From the NCBI GenBank assembly GCA_964035545.1, contig OZ037766.1:15738722-15802721 (forward strand): a DNA stretch of 64,000 nt. The letters run 5' to 3'. The translations under genes and the position numbers were made by a program. Of this stretch, positions 26,504 to 41,051 are shown in pieces (the stretch's first letter is position 1; each line of letters starts with the position of its first letter). Below the pieces are notes generated by a model. It did no database searches and was not told the DNA's origin. It saw only the letters and a program-made list of their open reading frames with translations. Source of the stretch: Bugula neritina. Taxonomy: Eukaryota; Animalia; Bryozoa.

Positions 26504-27724
26504 TAACCTACTCATGTATATTTTATTCTTGTATAACAGTTTGAAATAATGTATTTACTCCTGTACAACTCGTTTGGGCAGGCCACTGCTCTCCCTTTAA
26601 CCTGTCAGCTACATTTTACTGTCTTTTTATATTTCACTGCACTAAAAGTATTCTCATCCTATTAGCTATCACCACCACCCAATGGTTGTATAAAATTATT
26701 ATAAACAGTACAGTTTTGTCTCTGCTTTATGATTAGAGTAGTTTAAATTGGTCAAGATTGAAACTTTGAAACAATAATCCTGTACAATTATTTCTGATAA
26801 ATTAGCAAATCAATGGTGATCTCTCATCTAGAAATTATTAAGCAAATTAGTTATTGCCTTGCCTGTACTGGTATATTTTTTAAAACTAGTTAGTTTATGA
26901 GTAGACATCATTTAACAAAGTTTCAACTCCCCCAATTTTTCTTGTATCATTGATAATCTGTGTAAAAGTAGACTGTAGTGAATAGATTTTGGTTATCACA
27001 CAACAAATTACTAACATGTTTTATTTCCTTTATAGTTTTATAGGATTTTTCTTTCACATATTTTATGGAACTTGATTTTGTTGACTTGTCATCTTATAAC
27101 ATAGAATGTTTTAAACGCTTCCACTTATGTAAGTAACTGCTCAACAGAGCGTAAATAAATTATTTACTTTAAAATAACCAACACCTGCAATGTGTCATTG
27201 ATTTTTCCTACATCTGCTTTTTTAATCAACACAAATCTAATAAGGATACCAAGAAAATGCCACAGTTATATTAAGAAATCTTCAACTATAATTCATCAAA
27301 CATTTGAACTTTAATTGTAAATCTGCCCATTTATTTTGAAAGTAATAAATAAAATTAATAAATAAATTAACTATTGTCAAGGTTATATGTGGCAAACATC
27401 TATGAGCAAATACAATTACTATCCTTATGAAGCTAATGATTGTACATCAAGACCATAATTTACCTCTAACTTTTTTTAAAGTTACACAATTGAGTATTTG
27501 CACAATACACATACAGATAGGAGGTTTTAAAGCTGACATTAAGTTTCCACCATCATGAATACCTATAAATATATACAATATGTGTATAAACATGATGCAT
27601 CATGCTTCAAGGCATCAAGTTCATGGTTCTGGTTAGTTGAGCATTGCAACTCATTGATGCAAATCTTTTGCTATCGGGTAACTGTGAACTACCATTGGTT
27701 AATTGAGATGGAGACTAGAGAGCG

Positions 27725-30381
27725 TTAGCTGCGATTAGTCATGCCCTCATTATGAACAGGTAGTATGTCTTTAATACTGCTGGCATGGCACACATTGCCT
27801 TTATCTAGATTAAAATATATTTTCTCCTCATCTGATGCCTCCTCACCCGAATGCTCGCAACTAGATGGCGATTGTAGCGATTCCTTACTAGTATAATGTT
27901 TAATAAACTCCTGCAGCACGCCATCTTTCCCTAATGTTAAGCTGTTTGATGTGCATTGAAACTCGAATGTGGTTTCTGTTTTCTGTGATAAAACAGTATG
28001 TTGTTTTAAGACTGTAGACGTAGCTAAAGAACCAGATCGGGCTCGTAGGTTTAGAGCAGGCTGAGAGTAGCTACGACCATCTAGAGTTGTAATACCAAGA
28101 GCATGTGATATTCCATTAGCATATGATAGGGCCCTTTTTGGTGGGGCGCCTCCTTGCCGAATATATGGATATATTTCATCTATTTCTTCAAACAGATTAT
28201 TCTCTTCTTTATGACCAGAAATCTGCCTACTTGGAGTTGTATTGCTGCTGATAAAGGTTTTTATTGTCTTCATATATTGTTCCACTTTGCTCGTGCAAGA
28301 GTCTACTAGTTGGTTAAATATATAATGATGCTGAAGTTCTCCCATGTTTCCTGCTTTGTAAAATGATAGTTTGTTGTTCAAGGCTACAGGTAAAATAAGT
28401 TGTTTTGCTGACAGTGGGCACAGTAAAGCTATTTTTTCTTTTCTAATTCCTTGTAACCTAAACACACCCAGTCTCTCTTCACTGCACGCTGCTCGTGGTA
28501 TTTTTCCTGACACAATTCTCACAGTGCAAGGAAGCCGAAACTGAGTAAAGACTGATTTCATAGTATGTACTCCAGATATGCTCTTTGGTTTAGCAAATGG
28601 GCTAAACACTCCTTTAGTATTGTAGTTCAAGTATAAGTCAAACCCATCCTTGTCTTTGCAATGAAGATAAAGCTCAGAATAATCTCGTTTTGTTATCTTT
28701 ACTTTACCTTTTACAGTTAGTACACTTCCTTTCTGTAGACTCCTCACTGAAGTCCTATTTGTAACATCTACAAGGGCATCCACTCTGCTTCTGATTAAAA
28801 ACTTCTCTGATTCAAGTTTGGCAACTTCAGAGACAAGATGTAATGGCGGAGACGATTCTCCATTTTCTGACAGAAATTCAAAAAGTCCTTCATAAAGCTC
28901 AGGAACGGAGAACCGGGTCTCATCACAGGAGTTTATGCTCTTGCATATTACCGATTTGTAGTTGACAATAGAGTGAAGCAGCATTCCTTCACTTGCAGAA
29001 AATTGTTTTGGCAGTTTCTTCGTAGTGTTGTGATTTGAGGCTAATTTAATAATGCAAGGTCCTTTAAATCCATCTCCCAGGTTTTTCACCATTGTTGGCT
29101 ATAAAATTCAAAACAAAATTAATATGCTAGTAATTTATATGCATAAAGCACTATTACTACAAAAGTTTTCATGAGGCGGCATACCATGGTTTAATATAAT
29201 CTTTACCACAAGTCCTAGCTTTTAAAGACAGTCATTAATCATGCATTTGTCAATCATTCTCAGTATGTATAGTCATGCTAGTTCAATTATAATGCTTCTA
29301 TGTCTATGGTAAGATATAGAAAAATAAACACAAAATATGTTTCAATAGAGATTTCTCAAGAATAATGAATATACTAGCCTTTTAATATCAAAGATACTAT
29401 ACAGAAACTATGAACATTTTAAGAAAAAGGTTAAGGGGAGACCGAAGGTTACAGCAATTAGCAAGTTATTTACAGGGGAAATTGCAAAAAAAGAGGAAGT
29501 ATATGGCTAAAGCATTCACTATGATAACAGAAATTGTGCTCCACAAAAATATCTTTTTTTCATGTAAAATAAAAGTTCGTAAATACTAGAACAATTATTT
29601 GTTTGAGGTTAACAAAAAGAATTGACAAAGACCCTACATAGTTTATACTTGAAGTTGTTATTGAATAATTCACGGTATATTTTGTTATATATATTCTTGA
29701 TTTTATTTTCGCATCTGAATGGTTTCTTAAGAATAAAATACAGTGTGCACTGGTCCATAACAGTGGGACTGATGCAGTCTGTATGAGCTAGGTGACATAT
29801 TAACAGACCTAACTTATGATAATTAAGATAAGGAGAGTTTTTAGCTAAGTTATAAGTATACAGCCAACATTGTCTTAGTTTTGAAGATGTATTCTTAAAA
29901 TCTCATTGCTTACCGATACTATTGAATGCTTTTGTAGCAAGTTTTAGCATCAAATCTATATACGTATGCAGTGTATACGGTTTAAAGTTATTGAGCATAA
30001 AAGTTTCAAGTGTGTCACCGCAGCTCATTTAAGTCAGTTTTTTAACAAGATAGCTTGTATAGTTTAGACATGTATGTTAAAGGTTAACATGTAATGTAAT
30101 TATCAGGGTGACTTTTTATTTGAGGAAATAAAATATATTTATTACTCATTACTCATATGCAGCTTTCCTCAACAATCTCAATAACTTTCTACGCTTGCAT
30201 ACTTTCATTATTAGTAGTAGAAATTAAATTTACAATTCCACAAATGTCTTATGTAATGGCACAAAATATATTAAACACATGAAACTATCAACTAATCTAT
30301 TTTTAAGAAGTACAGCAATAAATATTTCACACTCACCTCAAAAGTATTCCATATGACTTCTTCTGCCAGCTTTTCAGTCAT
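27725..30381 (-). CDS. CABIT-domain adaptor protein (GAREM/Themis-like), ~472 aa; exons 30381-30337 and 29098-27725
   Basis: A 455-aa ORF is extended by an in-phase exon MTEKLAEEVIWNTFE|PTMVKNL. It shows two CABIT-like units (W...GPCIIKL...FSVPELYEGLFEFL and GVHTMKSVFTQFRLPCTVRIVSG), then a disordered Ser-rich tail with Tyr motifs. Family call is by motif recall, not an HMM search. Confidence 0.75.
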
Positions 30382-33300
30382 GGTGTTTCTAGTCAGCAGT
30401 GCCCAGTATGAGGTAGATCTTGACTGAAGGGGTATAGAGGGAGCTGGTAAGTGTCACTGCTTATCTTCAAGTAATATCGAGTACTGATCTGTAATTATGC
30501 AGACGTAGTGGTGAATGGTTGAGTAGCAATACACCTAATTACTCTTCAACTAACCACGCCTCTTCAAAGTTTTGATTAACTAGTCCAAACTCTGCTTGCC
30601 ATCCCTTACCAACGTGCAATTAGATATTTATATGACAACTGGCAATGAGATCCTGCAAAGCTACGCAAGCATATAGATATTATTGCCAACTCAGTCAAAG
30701 TTTCACTGTTAACTTTCAAGTGCATTGCAATGTTGTTACTCTTGGTAATGTATACTTAGCTATATTTTATGCTTCTACAGTAAAATAAGTTTAGAATAAC
30801 CCATCTTCATTGAAAAACTTTAATAGATTTATGGATTAAACATAATAAGCAGACGTTTAATCACGGCTTTGCACTACACCCTGGTTTTTAATCTAAGGAC
30901 TTATGTTCCAGACATAAATATTAAGACCCCAGTTATCATCTCAGTTTCTAAACTTTTAGTTATAATATATTTTTCATAGTATATTAAAATATATCAACAA
31001 GAACAACATCACAAGATTTAGATTTATATAGTAAAGCTAGATACTTGATGTATGATGGTACTATATATAGGTATTGCATGATTTGCATTTTTTGGCATCT
31101 ATGTCATAGATAACTAAACAACAAAACCAGCTTGTAGCATAACAAAACTAGTTATCGCAAAAAATTGTTTTTGGTGATTGAATTTTGTGTATAGAATTAT
31201 AAATATTTTGTAAATATTATAGGAAAGTTGCAATATCTGTTAGATGCTATATTAGTGAAAATAGCATTTAGTTTGTGTGAATTTTCATCATAATATAAGA
31301 CAACTAAATCAAAGCTCAGTGCAAATCGAAAAGATCTTAATGAGTTTATACTCTAAAGTATGTAGATTAAAAGAATAGGTTTAGCAAGAAATCATGATAA
31401 ATGAATATAAATAAATAGACCCACAAATTCTTACCCCTTGGTTACCAAAACTCTCTTTAGCAAATTAAGGCATTGCAATCATGGTTATTGTTGCCAGTCT
31501 CTTAAAAAAGAAACATAAAATCAGATACAAAAGTTGAACTTGAGTCTTCACTACTTTTATTGCTAAAAGCATTAGCTAGCAAACATAAGGTCTAAATATC
31601 TGAAATAAAGATTTTCCAGTCTCAAAGCTAAGCCTTAAATCATTTTTAATTGAAACACAAACACAATCAGGTTTCTCATTAAGAGTCCAGCTAAAATTAG
31701 TTTGTTTAGATTTGCTGTGCCTGAATGTTAATTTCGGAAGAGACTTTGATTGTTGCAATATAAACTTTTTGCACTCATTTCAAACTTTATCACTTGAAAG
31801 TTGGTCGGCACGTCACCAGTTCAACACCACATGATTAATTACTGATAGCCAGATTATTTGTGTGAGCACAACCTTTGTCTGAAAATGCATGCAAAGAATC
31901 CGTATTAACCTACCACATTATCCAAAGCAACGTTCGACCTTAAAGCATACATATGCCATTTTTAAGCTTTCGAGGTAAATACGCAAACCTATACAAATAG
32001 TTATAAAACAACATACAATGATTAGTCCACCAAGAAACATTTCATATAAAGTGAGTCTTTGACAACTTATCATGTTGATTTGCCAATATTTTGGCCTCCT
32101 TAAAATAATTTTGTTTGTAGCTCTTTTTAAGAACAAGACAATGTCATCTCCATAATCATGCATTATACTTAATCTAAGAGAATTTGAATCTTTTATCTAT
32201 TGCCAGCTTTATTCTGGTGTTAAAGTTAAAGAAGACCTTTTTAAATTGCTCTCAAAATTGAGGTAGTCACAATAATTTGAGTTTTAAACATCATCTAATT
32301 ATTTTTTTGCACACAACCATATACTCTGAAAGTTTTAAATTTTTATGTTGCATCAATCATATGGGCTTCAATATAACATCGTACACAGACTCAAATACAA
32401 ACCCTGTGCCTCTGTAACCAAATCCTAGGCAACCTAAAGATAATTATTTATACTTAATAACTGTTATATTTAAGTAACGCCTAAGAGAAAAATATCTGTT
32501 ATAAAAATGCCATGCCGAGATATTTCATTAGGTATCAAAAAGAGTATTTTTAATTGATTCGGTCTTTAAAATAGCTTTTTAGATTAGTTTACCTTCAAAA
32601 AAGGACAAATTTCAAGAAAAATAGACATTTGCATCTTTTCACAAGCATAATTTAAAACAAAGTAACTTTTAAGCAGAAAAACTGAAAAGTCAACCAGAGC
32701 ATGCTAAGACTGCATGTTCAAGTACTAGTTCATTATTGATAATCCATTTCTGAGTCTTTACATTACATATTTTAGGACAAAATGTAGTGTTCATATGGAT
32801 ATATGGGTTAATACTTCTCCTAGATTTAATCTCTTTCACTCTATGTGGAGTTGTGTGTTAAGCTAGAGTTAGGTATAATCTTAATTAGAAGAAATTCAAT
32901 TTGAGTAGCTATAATTTGAATGAGGAATAAGTTGCAGCTTTTACACCTTTCAGTCATTGCATTAAGTTGAAAGTTTTTATTTAGAATTGCAGCTTTCAAT
33001 TCTTTTGATGTTTCCAAACAATGCTCAAACAGATGAGCTAAAACTTGTGAAACTAATCTTATTATTCTTTGTTTGCAAATGTGAACATAATTGAAAGCCA
33101 CCCATGAATTTATATTGACAATTTATTTAAAATGCTTCTGAAACTGTCAAACTCAAACTCAACTCCTTTAACTTTAAATCGAATTCTGATTCATCAGATT
33201 AATTTCTTTCTAGTTAATAGCAAATTATGGATACTATTATTTCTCATTAATTTCCTTTCTCAGTAAACTACCCTCACAAGGAATGTTGGGGTCATTAAAA

Positions 33301-34936
33301 TGACTGAGTCATTCGAAGATTTGCAAGGAGATCAGACTGCTGATGAACCAAAAGTTGACTAATCTTGCTAATCTGAAACATTTGCAGACTACAGTGCTTG
33401 TCAATGACAGTAGCTAAAGCCATGTTCCTAGGCTCAGTTTAATGATTACGCCTAATACATATTTAAGCCAATACTGATTGAGCTTATACCTGTTTGATGC
33501 AACTGGCCCACCCAGGCACTAATCACACAACCTCAGTGGTTATAGCTGTTTGCCACCTTTTCTGTGTTGTCTGATACATAAATATTATTACTAGCTTATA
33601 AATAATGGTCAAACAGGATATTTCAATTGGTAGTAATATGTAACTTATATTATCTAAACCTATAGGCCTATACATATTCCGGCTACTATTACTAGCTTGT
33701 ATATTGTTTTAATATAATATTTTATACGTAGCTTCATTTACCATGTTGACAAATAGTTTCAGGCTAAGATTTATTAGAATAGATATTGTGTTAATATTAT
33801 TACTCTTTTTAACAGATTAATTTATATTGATAACTTTTTGAAATATTTTACGTATTTAGTACTTATTTTACTGTTTAAGCCCTAACAACTTCGGAGTTTG
33901 TGCTTATACAGCTATAGTATAAAAACACATTATATTATTAGCACTTCATAGCTTCCTTTGACAAGAATTTATTAGTGAGATACTAGCTTATTACAGATCA
34001 TCTAATTAATATTGAGTTGGCACACACACACACCTAATTATGTACATATACTCACTAGCAAGCCCTTCCCCATCCTTTGTCGCATGTTGCTCCAACTTCA
34101 AATATCAAAATTAACATACTTTACAAAGGAAATACTAATTGGCCAACAACTTTAGCTGTATAATCATGCTAATTAGCTAGCAACTACTAGCCATCAGATA
34201 ATAATTATCATTGAAGTGTATTCATTCAGTAGCACTATAGCTGTGATAATCTGTCTCATTGCATCTATTTTCTCAACCATCAAGAGCTTTGCTACGAAAA
34301 GTCTGTATTTCTTTGAGAAGTCTATGCATGGCAACATTTATTGATAATTTTCAGTTCTCGACACACACGCACACACCTTGTATTGGTTTAGAGTTGTGTA
34401 CTTTTCCAAAGACAAGACAGATTCTTCAGCTGACAAGATTTCTATAGAGTATTTATATATTAACTGGAAACAACTTTTCATGTATATAATATTATGCATA
34501 TACTAAATCATAATTCCACACCCAAACAATGCTCAAGGTTTAAATCTTTTACACTAAAAACCAATAACCACATTTAAGAGAAAATATAAGGAATCAAGTA
34601 ATGACTGAAATATTTAACAAGTAACTGTGTTTATTCAGATAATATTTAAACATCATTTATTCACAAAGATATCAATGCAACTTAAATAATAGTTTATTAT
34701 ATAATATTAATGAGCTAGCTATAGCTAATAGTGTCAGTTTCAAAAAATATGAACGCTATTTCGAACCTATAGCCTGATTTGGAAATTTAAGTTTGTGTGG
34801 TTTCAACATATAATTAAATTTGATTCAAAATATATTACTTTGATACTTTTACCAAATACTTGTTTAGTAGGTTTGATATGGTCAATAAAAGGAATATATA
34901 AACGTAAAGAACAGAGATGTGACATGTTTAAGATTG

Positions 34937-37867
34937 TCAGACAAAGCTTGGTGCAGAAGTGGTCTTGGTTGGACCATGGAAATCAGCAGGGAATGTGAAT
35001 TGTAAGTATGAAGGAAGTACAGGTTCAGAGTTGGTTGTGGTAAGAGCAAATGGATACGGAGGTGGCGGATATTTCTCTAAGAGAGGAGATGATGCAGAGG
35101 TGGTGGTTGGTTTAGGAGGATTTTGTGGTAGAATATCAGAGCTGGTGATTACTTTCACCACAATTTGCTGATATACTACAGCAAACTGATTGGTTTGATC
35201 AAGGAACCATTCGGATCTCTAGAAGAATGGGAATAGACGGGGTAAGAAATAGAATCGACTAGAATGAGTGAGTGAAACTAGAAAACAATGCAGTAGCTGA
35301 ATTTAAATAGAAAGTCTGCAACAAAAAATAAAAACTTGAAAATATAAGGTGTTGAGAATTGATTTGGGAAAAGTCTTGTGAGAAAATCAAAGGTAATAGA
35401 GAGTTTTGAATTTGAGAAAGGGAAAAATTGTTTTGGGTGAAATACCTTTGTAATTATATAGTAAAAAAAGTGTTGCAAAATTGAACAGACATGAGGTTGA
35501 ACAATCATGACATACTTTTCTCAGACGCTCCAAACTTCTCATCATAAGTTTTTCTGCTTCTTCATTATATAACTTTATGAATTCATGGAATGGCAGAGTA
35601 GGCTAAAAGTGAATGCATGGCTCTAAGTTATTACATGGCATGAGAACATGTGGAGTAGTAGAATGCCCATGCAAGCTAAATTATATAGTTTAAAGTAAAT
35701 TCAGCATTTTCTTAGCAAGCAACATAGTTTATGAGAAATTTTATGCTACCTTCATAGGTTTAGCATCTCCATTATCACATCTTGTCAATTGGAACACATC
35801 ATTCTCTACAGACCCTGTCTTTGTCAGATAAGCAAACTGATTTAAATTCTCTAGACCAAAAACAGAGGTGAGTGGAAAATAATTCAGCAAGAGCTCCACT
35901 ACTTCAACTGCTTTCTTGACTTTACACGGATCATTATTACTGTTTCTATCAAATAAAAAATTTACTAATTATAAAATAATTTCACATGTTTAGTGTACCC
36001 AACATGACTAAATGTGCAAACTATAACTATCGAACTATACTAAAATCTAGTCAAATAATTAATTTGCATGTAAACTTAAAAAAACTATAAATGTATTGCA
36101 AAAATATTTCTATATGTGGTACAAACATGTCTGTATAAATTTTTTAATATATGGCATATGGTGTAAATTTTTTTACTCAGATGCATGTTTTAACAAATAA
36201 ATTTATACATCACTAATTGAAAAGCTATAATGAATAGTTTTTATATTGAATCAAATCATAAGCAACAAAAAGATTACGTAAACTTGCTAACACTCACCCA
36301 AACAGGGATCCAGCAATAGACTTGGCCAAACTTTCAAATGGCAGGTTTTGACGCTTACATACACAAAAGGCGAGTCCCACCATCAATGTCAGGAGTTGTC
36401 TGACCGGTTTTGAGAGAGACATGAGATGTCTATAAAATTATAACTTAACTTAAATACCGAAAAAAATAGAAAATGCAAAGTCTAAATTTCAATAATAAAG
36501 AAAAAAGTTTTAGAAATTGCTTGGTGAAAAAAATATTTAAGTGTGTTATTGTGATGTATAATTGAAGCAAATGATGTAATAGTTGAAAATCTATGCATGT
36601 TAAACGATTTAAATAAAACAAAATTTAAGTTACAATACACAGAAACTAGAAATGATAACCATCTAACTTTGCATTGGACTATAATATTCAGTATAAAATT
36701 TACTTGCTGATTTTCTTTTTCTTTTTTGCCGGTTCCTTACTTTTTACAACGTTTAATAATTTCTTTTCAATTTCCTTTCCAATAAGGCCACCAGGTATGG
36801 AGAGAAAAAACTTCTGTAATGTAATGTATTGTCACCAACATACTATTTGCTAGCAGACTTACAATACAATATTGTACAGCATTTCTACTGTTCTGTTGCA
36901 GGTATTGTCAACATGTCTCATGATCATGTATAGTAAATGTAAAACTTGCCTGAATAATATTTTTAGCTGTAGTATTACCAGTCAGTTGAAGCGTCATGTA
37001 AAATGTAGCATGTGACTTAATACCAACTTGAGTTATTAATAGAATAAAAACAACGAGTTGCATGCAAATAACTATTTTACCTTCACCACAGAACATAGTG
37101 AGTGGATGGATGCAGTTTTAATATCAAAATCTTGTCCCGTTGAAAGATATTCTGACAGACGACGTACTTCACCTGCACTACCGGGTTGCCGGAATATTCC
37201 TACTTGTGCAATGCCAGTCAGGGCGATTTGAATGAAGATTTTCTGCAAGGTTATTTGCTTGGTTTTAGGCTGACCAATTAATTAGTCATGTATGTAGTAT
37301 ACTACTAAATATATACAAATCAATATACATGTGTTTTACAATTAAAATGGGTAGGTCTATGTTATTAATACCTACCAGAAGTATAGCTGGGATCTCATTG
37401 TTTTTGAAAGTGTGCTTTAAGGGCATTCCAAACTCCAACCTAAAGCAATATAAATACATTGATTCCTCAAATAATTTTTATACTTGCTACAATAAATATA
37501 TTATAACTTTGAAAAATTAAAATAGCAGTTATAATGATTAGAAAGACTATATAATATTATTTCTACATGCATGTACTGTGCCTTCATCTTATTCAGATGC
37601 AATGTAAAAAGTCTATAATTTTTTAATGTGGCATTTAGATAAAGTTAAATAAATGTTTTGTATTTTATTCCTAAAGCTATCTAACAAAAGTTAAATAAAA
37701 AATTCAAAAATAAGCTTTGTAGAAGCTATTGCTTATAATAGCTAAATACTATTATAAAATATGCTTTAGTTTATGGTATTAACCTACTTTTTGATAGTTG
37801 GTTCACCACTTTCATCAGCAGAACATCTTTGAGATTTTTTCGTAAAAAGTTTTCTTAGAAAACTCAT
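34937..37867 (-). CDS. RhoGAP-domain protein (~370 aa). Exons: 37867-37788, 37439-37376, 37242-37081, 36813-36704, 36429-36298, 35945-35750, 35602-35516, 35218-34937
   Basis: GT-AG, in-phase exons total 1113 nt. The product contains EFGMPLKHTFKNNEIPAILLKIF, arginine finger GIFRQPGSAGEVRRL, IHSLCSVVKKFFLSIPGGLI, and ESLAKSIAGSLF...VVELLLNYF. An acceptor site just before the ATG implies an additional upstream exon. Confidence 0.88.
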
Positions 37868-38840
37868 CACTAAAAGAAAAAAACCATGAATAACTCTATT
37901 TTAAAATTGAAATATAAAATTTACTATATAGTAATACAGGCTAATGAACTATAGCAATGGCACAGCTAAAGAATATAAGAAATTTAAACAATTAGAACAT
38001 ATAGTGCTTATGGTTTTGACAAGTAAGCACAAACAGAACAAAAGCCTTTTTAAAGAGTAAGACTCTGATGAAAAAGTTTGATTTTACTAACCTGATTATC
38101 TCAGAGAAATGTATGTCAAAGAGAGAGAGATAACTTCAATAAGTTATGTTGCAAAATAATACCAAAACTCAATAGCAATTGTATAGAACACGTCACAACA
38201 AAGTACGATACTGAGATAAGTAAACAATTTAAACACTAGATTCTATAATGTACAGAATAAAAGATAGAGGCATCCGTTTTCTGAGGCAGAGCGAATCAAA
38301 CTACATAGAGTCATAACATGATGTCTTTCTCATTGTCTGATTAACGCCACATAACTCATACATTCCTAGCTAGTAAAATTAGTAAATTACTAGTTATCAA
38401 AGTGATTGTTATAAATAAAAAACTTCCTAAATTAAAAAATTCATTAATGTAAACTTTATTGATTTTACTAACAGCTTGAGATTATTTTACATTGACATAA
38501 AACATGCTTAGATGAGGCGGTGCTTTTTGTAAAGCACAGCTTTCAAAACTCACATATTAGCATAATTTCTAAATAATATTTTCATAATCTTATTCATCAC
38601 CAAATTGTAAGATACAGACTATAGAGGGAAATCTAATGCATTATAGTGCACCTAAGCTACCCCTATGGTTTTGATGTGTGCAAGCTTTGAATACGTCAAA
38701 ATAAGCTTTTGGCTTATAATTAAGAAACATTTGTCTATATTGCTTACTCCTGTCAATCAGGTTAAATATGTAACTTTTTATTTTGAACAGAAACAGGATG
38801 CCAATGCACATTTTATAATTATATATTATTAAAGATAAAA

Positions 38841-39046
38841 ACACTCACGCCAGTTGATAGTAGTTATACCTGTGAGAAACCCTGATTGAAAGATTTTTTT
38901 GTTAAATCGGGCTAAGGACTCATTCATATGTAGAGCAATTATGACTGGATGTTCTTGCTAACATCACCAAGGGCATTTACTGAGGTTCGAACCCATGACT
39001 TTGTGTTTACTAAGCCAACTGCTTTAACTTTTAAACCACGGCTGCT
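38841..39046 (-). mobile_element. tRNA-derived SINE with Meta-like core, copy 2
   Basis: The minus strand starts AGCAGCCGTGGTTTAAAAGTT (A-box-like), has B-box GGTTCGAACC (38984-38993), then TTGGTGATGTTAGCAAGAACATCCAGTCATAATTGCTC. Confidence 0.82.
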
Positions 39047-39652
39047 GTGGTAAAGATAGAGAACTATGCACAGTGCAAAATAACTTGTGGCAGCCTTTAA
39101 CCAGGAAACAATGTGTTATATATTCATACAGATGAAATTTTTTAATCTTTGTAATTTTTATACTATTTTGCATTTGAAAGTCAATATAATATGTTGTTAC
39201 ATAGAACACATGTATTATTTTGTTATAGCTATTATAGTATTATAGTTTACTTTCTAAACTCAGTACTACACACATGCCTATAAGTCTGCCCCAAAAAAGC
39301 AACAACAGCTTATTAATTATCTATTTCTGCAACACGTTTTATTTTTTATTCAATTTATTGACGCATAAATCAAATTTTTAGTTTTTGAAGTGCAAAAGAT
39401 GTTTCCTTACACAGAAATTTATAAACAAGCAATGAAATCTTTAGAAAACATTGTTTCCGACCATGCATATATGATAAAAATAATTCAAAGGCATAATCTA
39501 ACTATTCTACAAAATTAATTAAACTAGGTACCCTTTTTGTCCAAGATGATCTTGATGTGCTTTTTTATGTACAGTTAAATTAATTGAAAGTCATATAATC
39601 TTTAAATGAATACATTTTGTAAAATAATTAGTTTTGTTCTTATAGATACAAA

Positions 39653-39720
39653 CAAAATAATTTAATAATAATATTTTATTGTTATATATAACAACAAAAT
39701 ATTATAATTAAATTATTTTG
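39653..39720. repeat. 68-bp AT-rich near-perfect palindrome
   Basis: Two 34-bp arms with no spacer and 2 mismatches (CAAAATAATTTAATAATAATATTTTATTGTTATA and its near reverse complement). Confidence 0.85.
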
Positions 39721-41051
39721 CTATAGCCATTTCTATAACCAATTATTGCAGAGCCATGTATATTATTAGCAATAGAAATTATATAGTTATAACAGTATAA
39801 TGATTTTTTCAAAGACATTTAATGATTAACTCAAAAACAGAGAAAATGTGATTGGTTCGTAAATGTGCAAATAGCAATTACAATGTTGAAGTAAGTTTTT
39901 TTTGGCTGAAACTATATTACATAATAACTATAGTCTGATATAAATTGTGCATGTGATCAAACATTATAATATATATTGACTCTATAGTAAAATATTATTC
40001 TGATTAAGCTGTTAACAAGTAGGATTTGTCTTACCTGAATAAGTAAATCTCAAATTGAACTAAATGACATACTTCACACTATGATGTGATACCCTAGTTA
40101 CCAACATCAGAAACAAATAAGAATATATGTATGTGTATTTAATTTTGTTTATTATAGACATTTAAAAAATGAGAAAACAACAAACTCTAGTGTCAACAAC
40201 TATCAATATAACAAAAAAGAACTGAGACAAAAACAATTCAACAAAATATAAATATCTTTAGTATAGGCCAGGCCAGGGAGTAAATTCAGTCCAGAATTCA
40301 TTATTTTGATTTTCTACAACATAGAAATATTGTACCTCAAAACAATTAAATAAAAGAGCTTCTTGTGGAGTTGTTCTATAAAGATACTAATGCATTTAGG
40401 TTTTATAAAATATAAACTATTCTTAATATTGAAACCACCAAAAAAGTACAATTTAGGGTATTTTAAGTGCCTATAATCATAATAAAATTTCAAACCATAT
40501 AAGGTAATGTCAATTATATACATTGGCTTTATAAAAATTAATAATATATACATTATATATTAATAATTTTTATAAAACAAAACTGCAAATTACTAATCAA
40601 CTGCAACAAAAAACATTTAGCTTAAGTACAAACATTGCGTATTAATTCATTCAAATGTGCTTGGTAAGTAAAATTTTAAGCTTTGAAAACAGTTTAATTC
40701 AATATTTTACACAGTTTGAAAGGCTAATAATTCTGCAACTTTCAGCAAAAACATATATATGCTAACTTTTGTTATGCAAGCTTATAATTGAGAAAGAGCA
40801 TTAACACTGGCTTTTAATAATCTCCTTAAAACATTCTTTACTTTAAGTAAAGCAACTAACCCGTAGAGTAGATGCTACTTTCTTAAGGCGGTTGTTTAAT
40901 TAGTAGAATGCAAGATTTATTTACTATAAACTGCAAAACCAAACAAAAAAGTGTTTTAAGAGTGCATATAGAGAGCTCACTATACCCCCTCTTAGGTTTT
41001 TAAACTCCATTTTACAGAACTTAGTTGAGGGCACCTACCAGGCGTTGCTAT

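Noticed and set aside
31576-33101. Minus-strand ORFs including a YGDD (RT-like) motif and a hydrophobic stretch
   Set aside because: No flanking RT motifs, and no phase-consistent exon chain could be built.
38975-39046. Functional tRNA gene
   Set aside because: No complete cloverleaf. The tRNA-like part is the head of a SINE present in three diverged copies.
34221-40633. Cic-binding octamers TGAATGAA/TTCATTCA (about 34221, 37229, 40626) as local Cic targets
   Set aside because: A few hits are expected by chance in 64 kb of AT-rich DNA, and one lies in a coding exon.
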